64,000 nucleotides of DNA, taken from Acidobacteriota bacterium (lineage in GTDB: Bacteria > Acidobacteriota > UBA6911). The position numbers were made by a program, and so were the translations under genes. This document shows positions 58,495 to 64,000 of this stretch, piece by piece. The first letter of the stretch is position 1, and every line of letters starts with the position of its first letter. The stretch is from assembly GCA_963664705.1 (NCBI GenBank), contig OY761556.1, positions 4,480,001-4,544,000 of the forward strand, in the 5' to 3' direction. The notes below the pieces were generated by a model. That model did not search any database. It saw only the letters and a program-made list of their open reading frames with translations, and was not told where the DNA came from.

Positions 58495-60423
58495 AATATG
58501 GCCATCATCGGCCCCGAGGAGGGGCGATGCGTTCCATTTGGGTTTTCGCCGCCGATCCCACAAGGGGGTTCGGGAAGAGAGCACTTTTCCAAGCACCGGG
58601 TGTTTGAGCCAAACCAAGAAGCGACGCGCCAGCAGGCAGGGATCATTGAGAAGATCGGGTATGCGAACCGCGGTTTGAGATTCGCTGAACCGTGCATCGA
58701 GAGTGCAGATAGCCTCCAGAGCGGAGAGATCAACATGCTGGCCCCGGCCCGTCTCAGCTCTGAACTCAAGTGCCGACAGGGCTCCAAGGGCAGCATACAG
58801 GCCGGCAATCAAGTCCGCATAAGGATAGCCCAAATCGGGAGGCGGTAGCTGTTGGGCGCCGCAGGCAGCAGCCTGGATACCTGAAAAGGCGTGGAAGTTG
58901 GAAGCAAAGCCAACGAAGTTGCTCCAGGGTCCGGTGTGTCCCATTGCAGAGATACTAACCATAATAAGGCCAGGCTTGACTAGCCGCAGGTGCTCATAAT
59001 CCAGTCCCCAGTTAGCCATGACTCTGGGAGAGAAGTTCTCCACAACCACATCGCTGGTTGCGACCAGTTTGAGGAAGTTCGCGCGCGCTTCGGGGCGGTT
59101 GAGATCGAGACTAACGCTTCGCTTGTTCCGATTCCAGATGGCAAAGGGCAGAGAATCATTCCGTTCCGCTCCAGTGGCAGCCTTTCCCGATTGAATTTTA
59201 AGAACTTCTGCGCCGAAATCGGCAAGGATCCTGGTGGCATAGGGACCGGAGATCATGCGTGTGAGGTCAATCACGCGCATTCCTGAGAGTATCATTCCAT
59301 CAGAACAGTCCTTTGGGGTTCCCGGAGATCCAAGCGTTTCTGCAGGAGTGGCACGACTGATGCGGGCAGTAGCAATACCATCCTGGGCGTCCGGGTCGGA
59401 GGCGGGTGGTGTTTGCAGGAGCGCTGGGGCAAATGCGCTGAACTTGTAGGGCAGACCGGGAAAAGGCGAAGTCAATTTCCCATTGGGAAGCAGGACTCGC
59501 GAAAAAAAACGTCTGGCTTCGAGTTGCGGATTTTGAAGCGTTTCGTCAATGGAATCGACCGATGCCCAAGGGAAACCCATGGCTTGGCCTAGCTCTACCA
59601 GTGCACTCCGGGTGAAGTTTAGGGTCCATCTCTCGACGGCGTCTTCGAAAATCTCAAGACTTTGAGGCAGAGGCGGCTCTTCATGCAGGTCTTTTATATC
59701 GGGGGCAAGACCGATAAGCTCCGCCAGAGTATCGCAGCACTGCAGGATAGGAATTTGGATGTATCCATCGAGGCATCGGAGCAGCGAAAAAACCCGACGG
59801 TCAGGGGGCGTAGCGATACCTGGCAGATCCGGGTCAAAACGTCGGGTGAACTCTCCTTCCAGCATGGAAGCCACTGCTTCATGGATGGAGATATCGGCAT
59901 GACTCCCCTTCCGGGTAATCCTGCGCTTGGTCAGCCGTATTAATGCGGCAACAGCCGCGAACAGGGAAGCTGTGCGGAATGGCTGGCAACCGGGCAGCGA
60001 CAGGCAATTCCCCGCGGGGCCTGTTCTGCCATAGGGAGTGATGGAGATGCGAACGAGTCTTGGATTGAGGCGCCGAAGGTTTCGGGATTTGAAACAGACC
60101 GGTTCTGAATTGCCGAAGTCGAAGGTTTCGATAAGCACATCCGCCTGTTTCAGCAAGGATTTGAGGGCACCCATCCCTTCGGAAGTTGTGAGATCTACGA
60201 AGACATCGGACTTTTTGGAGTTGTCATACAGGAAGGATTCCTCATCGGATATCCCCGAAAAGTCGGCCTCGGCAGCTTTCACTTTCAGAACAGTGGCGCC
60301 CAAGTCGGCCAGAAGCTTGGAGCAAAAGCTCCCTCTTTCATCGGCAAGATCCAGAATCAACAAATGGCTGAGCGGACCGGAGGCATGAGAGCGGGTTTGG
60401 AACATTTTCAAATGACGGAGCAT
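58456..60423 (-). CDS. Family III (CaiB/BaiF) CoA-transferase with two tandem domains, each internally shortened
   Basis: LLADLGA.V.K and ILADFGAEVLK, NRNKRSV.LDL, DVVVENF, PYAD..AG, TGRGQHVD.S; start uncertain (60435/60423/60405). Confidence 0.8.
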   Translation of the reverse strand: MLRHLKMFQTRSHASGPLSHLLILDLADERGSFCSKLLADLGATVLKVKAAEADFSGISDEESFLYDNSKKSDVFVDLTTSEGMGALKSLLKQADVLIETFDFGNSEPVCFKSRNLRRLNPRLVRISITPYGRTGPAGNCLSLPGCQPFRTASLFAAVAALIRLTKRRITRKGSHADISIHEAVASMLEGEFTRRFDPDLPGIATPPDRRVFSLLRCLDGYIQIPILQCCDTLAELIGLAPDIKDLHEEPPLPQSLEIFEDAVERWTLNFTRSALVELGQAMGFPWASVDSIDETLQNPQLEARRFFSRVLLPNGKLTSPFPGLPYKFSAFAPALLQTPPASDPDAQDGIATARISRATPAETLGSPGTPKDCSDGMILSGMRVIDLTRMISGPYATRILADFGAEVLKIQSGKAATGAERNDSLPFAIWNRNKRSVSLDLNRPEARANFLKLVATSDVVVENFSPRVMANWGLDYEHLRLVKPGLIMVSISAMGHTGPWSNFVGFASNFHAFSGIQAAACGAQQLPPPDLGYPYADLIAGLYAALGALSALEFRAETGRGQHVDLSALEAICTLDARFSESQTAVRIPDLLNDPCLLARRFLVWLKHPVLGKVLSSRTPLWDRRRKPKWNASPLLGADDGHISVPEIGYDPSPE

Positions 60424-60777
60424 TCCTGACCTCAATCCTGATCGCTACTGGCGCTCGGCTGATACACACGATTATATTCGCATAGCTGGAGCCGCCGGAA
60501 GCCGAGGAAACCCTCAGAACCTGAAGATTTTCTTTGAACTAAATTCAGACGGTCTGCATCTAATATCGTATACCTAGCTTTACAGTACGGAAACCGGGGT
60601 GCAGAAAACAATGTCGATCCATCAATGGTTTTTTCTGTTCTTCTTTTGCGTGCCTCTTGCACTGCTGATCCTGATTCTCAGCATAGAATAGCGGCCTTCC
60701 CGCGATTGATGACTTTGCACCAGCAAGGAACGAATCGAAAAGATGTGACACCTGTTATTACCTGCAGGGATTGGTGG

Positions 60778-61239
60778 TCATACATCCAGCGGGATGACTT
60801 CAGCGGAAATTCGGCTGTCTTCAATCGTAAGGATTCCCACCGTAACGGGGAGATGGAATCGACGAGGCCCTGCGCTGCCTGGATTGAAGTAAAAAACGCC
60901 ATCGTGGGTTTCCTGCCTGGCACTGTGGGAATGGCCGTAGATTACAGCTGCGAAGCCTGCAGCCCGTGGATCCAAATCCAGGTTCTTGATATCGTGAACG
61001 ATGTAGAAGAACAGGCCATGTAGCTCTAATACAGCAGTCGATGGGTAAGGGCGAACCCAGTCCCCCACGTCAACATTACCGCGGACGGCGGTAACAGGCG
61101 CGATTTGGCCTAATTCATCGACGATGGAAGGCCAGCCGATATCGCCGGCATGAATAATATGCTCTACGCCCTGCAAGGCCTGTAGTGCTTCTGGCCTCAG
61201 CAATCGGTGAGTGTCCGAAATCACCCCAATTCGATGCAT
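60778..61239 (-). CDS. Metallophosphoesterase (YfcE/MJ0936 family)
   Basis: ISDTH, HAGD, VRGNVD, GHSH, NPGS. Confidence 0.93.
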   Translation of the reverse strand: MHRIGVISDTHRLLRPEALQALQGVEHIIHAGDIGWPSIVDELGQIAPVTAVRGNVDVGDWVRPYPSTAVLELHGLFFYIVHDIKNLDLDPRAAGFAAVIYGHSHSARQETHDGVFYFNPGSAGPRRFHLPVTVGILTIEDSRISAEVIPLDV

Positions 61240-61274
61240 CCAATTCCCTCGGATGTATCATACCGGCAAGACCC

Positions 61275-61290
61275 ATTTGTGGACACCCAC
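61275..61290. repeat. ATTTGTGGACACCCAC motif copy
   Basis: Exact reverse complement of 62503-62518 and 63981-63996. Confidence 0.8.
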
Positions 61291-61433
61291 TTTCTTCCCC
61301 CATTTCTTCCGGAATCGCCTCACCCCTCGCAGTTGGATTTCGTGATCCGGATATTTTTTCAATGATGGTCCAAAGAGGATTTGGCGGTACATTAGACAGC
61401 AATCAAACAACCTGGAAAAGGAGGATGATCGCG

Positions 61434-62417
61434 ATGCGAAGATTCTTCATTGGAATAATGATGGAGTTTTTGCTGGTTGGCACAATGTTCGGGCAAAACA
61501 GCGTCTCGTGCAATCGGCAATGTCTGGAAGGTTTGGTGAATCAATATCTAGGTGCCATGATTGCCCACGATGCCTCCAAAGCGCCGTTTTCACCAGGCGC
61601 AAAATATACGGAAAATGCCAAGCAAGTTTCTATCACAAAGCCGACTGAAGGACTATGGGCTGCCAATACGATTCTCAGCGACTACAAGTTCTATGTTGCG
61701 GATCCCCAGGCGGGCCAGATCGCGTTTGTGGGAATGGTGAAAGAAGGGGGCAAGCCCTGTATTTTGTCAATGCGTCTTAAGATTGCAGATCGGAAGATAG
61801 CGGAGGTTGAATCTGTTGTTGTCAGAAACATGAATGAAGAGAACCTTTGGACTCTAAAGACTCCTCCAGCTGAGTTTAGTCGGGCTGTTGCGCCTAATGA
61901 GAGAGTTTCTCGAGAGGATCTGATTAGAATCAGCAACGCCTATTTTGATTCAATCGAGAAATCAAATAGCAAGCTGGTCCCGTGGCACCAGGAATGCTAT
62001 CGCCTTGAAAACGGGATGTGGACTGCCGGGCCTAAGCTGCCTCCGGAACTCGCCGCAAACGAACCTAAGCAAGCGCCTAAGCAACCTGCGGCTAAGGTCT
62101 CCGCCGCATTTGCCCGAGGCATATGCAGCGAGGCAATCGATTCTGGGGTTTTTGCACTAATTGAGAATATTCGTCCTCGTCGGACTCCCGTTGTGGACGA
62201 AGAGAGAGGCGTTACCTGGGGCGTTTACATGTTCAACCACCCTGGTGTCAAAACTGTCAAAATGCCTGATGGAAGCATCAAACCGGCCGCCTACTTTGTG
62301 AATCAGCCAAACAGCATGCCCATGTCAGAGCTTTTCAAGATTAGGGGCGGCAAGATACGCGATATTATGGCAGTTGGGGTCATCAACAAATACAAAAGCG
62401 GCAGCGGTTGGGAATAA
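61434..62417 (+). CDS. Conserved hypothetical secreted protein (probable tandem SnoaL/NTF2-like fold)
   Basis: AGGAGG RBS, signal peptide, C.RQCL…YL.A..AHD…YTEN, YFDSI, C.R.ENG, VDEERG, ELFKIRGGKI. Confidence 0.8.
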   Translation: MRRFFIGIMMEFLLVGTMFGQNSVSCNRQCLEGLVNQYLGAMIAHDASKAPFSPGAKYTENAKQVSITKPTEGLWAANTILSDYKFYVADPQAGQIAFVGMVKEGGKPCILSMRLKIADRKIAEVESVVVRNMNEENLWTLKTPPAEFSRAVAPNERVSREDLIRISNAYFDSIEKSNSKLVPWHQECYRLENGMWTAGPKLPPELAANEPKQAPKQPAAKVSAAFARGICSEAIDSGVFALIENIRPRRTPVVDEERGVTWGVYMFNHPGVKTVKMPDGSIKPAAYFVNQPNSMPMSELFKIRGGKIRDIMAVGVINKYKSGSGWE

Positions 62418-62467
62418 GCCCGTCATGCCTCGGCTATGAATGTAATAAGGATGAACTGGTGAAATAG

Positions 62468-62518
62468 GGACACCCACCAATTTTCTTGGCTGTCCGAAAA
62501 TCGTGGGTGTCCACAAAT
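62468..62518. repeat. Inverted doublet GGACACCCAC…GTGGGTGTCC (REPIN-like)
   Basis: 10-bp perfect arms at 62468-62477 and 62503-62512. Confidence 0.75.
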
Positions 62519-62668
62519 TATAAATTCCACAAATTCTCCTTCCCAGCGGTGGCTCCGGTTGTTTGGACAGCTTCCCAAAGGAATTAAGTGTAATCTTGCG
62601 CAGTTAAAATGTCGGGCGCGTACCCGGAAGCCGAAGGCTGGAGGCACAGCGCCCGACTCAGCCATGAC

Positions 62669-63498
62669 TTACGCCGCCTGCTTTTCTTCGCGGACGGTTT
62701 CAAAATAAACCGCATCAGGAGTCTTGCCGTCAAGTGATTGATGCGGTCGTTTGCCGTTGTAAAACTCCAGATACACTTTCAAACGTTCTTTGGCTTCATT
62801 CATCGAGCCATAAGCATAAAGATATATGTGTTCATATTTGACAGTGCGCCAGAGCCGTTCGACAAAAACGTTATCGCGCCAGCAGCCTTTGCCAGCCATG
62901 CTGATTTGAATTCCATTCGCTTTGAGAATGCCTGTGAACTCGGCACTGGTGAACTGGCAGCCCTGGTCCGTGTTGAAGATATCAGGACAGCCATAAAGAG
63001 CTATAGCCTCCTCCAGTGCTTCTATACAGAAGTCCGTCGTAAGCGTGTTGGAAAGTCGCCAGGAAAGAACGCGGCGGGAGTACCGGTCCTGGACGACAAA
63101 CAGATAAACAAAGCCTCGACGCATCGGAATATACGTGATGTCTGCCGACCAAGCTTGATCGGGTCGAACAACCTTCAAATCCCGCAGGAGATAGGGATAG
63201 ATATGGTGCCCGGCCTGCCTACGGCTGTATTGGGTTTTCGATACAAAACATCGATCCCCATTTTTCTCATCAACGTTCGGACATGCCGACGGCCGACCTT
63301 GTAGCTGTCCTGCCTCAATAAATCTCGCATCATCTGGCTCCCGGCAAAAGGCCATTGAAGATGCAGCTCGTCGATTCGCTTCATCAGCTCAAGGTCTGAC
63401 TGGGGAACCTCCACGGGTCTGTAATAGGCCGTCGATCGCGGCAGTTTCAGCAACGTGCATTGTCGTTTTATGGAGATCTTGGCCTTGCGGTCGATCAT
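62669..63498 (-). pseudogene. IS3 transposase OrfB (DDE integrase core) with a 1-bp frameshift near 63227
   Basis: MIDR…RSTAYY…RIDELHL.WPFAGS…RKPNT then, in another frame, SRRQAGHHIYPYLLR…WSADITY…NTDQGCQFTS…DNVFVERLWRTVKYE. Confidence 0.85.
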
Positions 63499-63797
63499 CT
63501 TTTTGCGCTCAGCAGTCCCGCCTTGATAAGCGCATTCTCTAAAAAATCATTTTCGAGACTGAGCTGCCCGATCTTGGCTTGCATGCGCTGGATATCCGGC
63601 CCTTTTTCTTTTTCGGGCTTTTCCCCGAACGCGATGGCAGCATTTTCCTGGAGCTGCCGTTTCCAGTCGGTGATCTGGTTGGGATGTACTTCAAACTGCT
63701 CGGCGAGTTCGGCAATTGTCTTGTCGCCCTTCAGGGCCGCCAGGGCGACTTTTGCTTTGAATACTGAACTATGATTCCTGCGTTGTCTTCTTGCCAT
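63495..63797 (-). CDS. IS3 transposase OrfA (HTH)
   Basis: [31 protein letters not shown]; candidate -1 slippery TTTTTTA at 63546-63540; AAGGAG RBS. Confidence 0.9.
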   Translation of the reverse strand: MARRQRRNHSSVFKAKVALAALKGDKTIAELAEQFEVHPNQITDWKRQLQENAAIAFGEKPEKEKGPDIQRMQAKIGQLSLENDFLENALIKAGLLSAKR

Positions 63798-63960
63798 CTG
63801 ATGCTCCTTCTTTCGGCTGTTTCCAGCCCCTCAGTTAGGCAAGATTACCACTTATCCCCTTGTCCAGTTTCCCGAATCCGGCTCTTCCCGCATCCCCGCA
63901 CAATCTGCCATTGCAAAGACCGGTTCAAACACACGGGCCGGGGCCGCGAGGCTAAGAGTT

Positions 63961-63997
63961 GATGGGTGTCCACAAAAACCGTGGGTGTCCACAAATT
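63961..63997. repeat. Two tandem RTGGGTGTCCACA motif copies
   Basis: gatgggtgtccacaaaaacc gtgggtgtccacaaatt; the first is the reverse complement of 3871-3884. Confidence 0.8.
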
Positions 63998-64000
63998 CCC

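Larger units (their letters stand above)
62545..63885 (-). mobile_element. IS3-family insertion sequence, 1341 bp, with 4-bp target duplication TCCC
   Basis: Imperfect terminal IRs (AGCGGTGGCTCCGGTTGTTTGGACA and AGAGCCGGATTCGGGAAACTGGACA); TCCC at 62541-62544 and 63886-63889; orfA/orfB layout. Confidence 0.88.

Noticed and set aside
62423-62665. 80-aa ORF at the IS end
   Set aside because: It spans the IS terminal repeat and the intergenic repeat doublet, with no coding signature

Overview
This 64 kb bacterial window has gene content suggesting an anaerobic member of the Acidobacteriota (two Oar-type TonB-dependent receptors, Fe-S and CoA-transfer metabolism); that assignment is inferred, not shown. 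The left third holds housekeeping and metabolic genes: a radical SAM fragment, glcD/glcF-like genes, an MFS transporter followed by a decayed partial copy, a flavodoxin-family gene, two tandem TBDRs, a Tat-signal aldo/keto reductase, a CoA transferase and an RRM protein. The centre (about 20-52.5 kb) is a large Wzx/Wzy-type exopolysaccharide locus, mostly on the minus strand, interrupted by a divergent FN3 protein plus PL1 lyase pair. The most striking feature is the locus's only recognisable priming phosphoglycosyl transferase, which is fused to a degenerate GGDEF domain (GNCEF) with an intact RxxD I-site. The same locus has a BY-kinase homologue that has lost all Walker motifs and a small protein with a YxGPxRR motif, which together suggest post-translational c-di-GMP control of this EPS. 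The right end has metabolic genes, a secreted-protein gene bracketed by 16-bp inverted GTGGACACCCA-type repeats, and an IS3-family element (4-bp TCCC duplication, frameshifted orfB). No rRNA, tRNA or CRISPR array was seen. All calls are from motif recognition by eye; no database searches were run.
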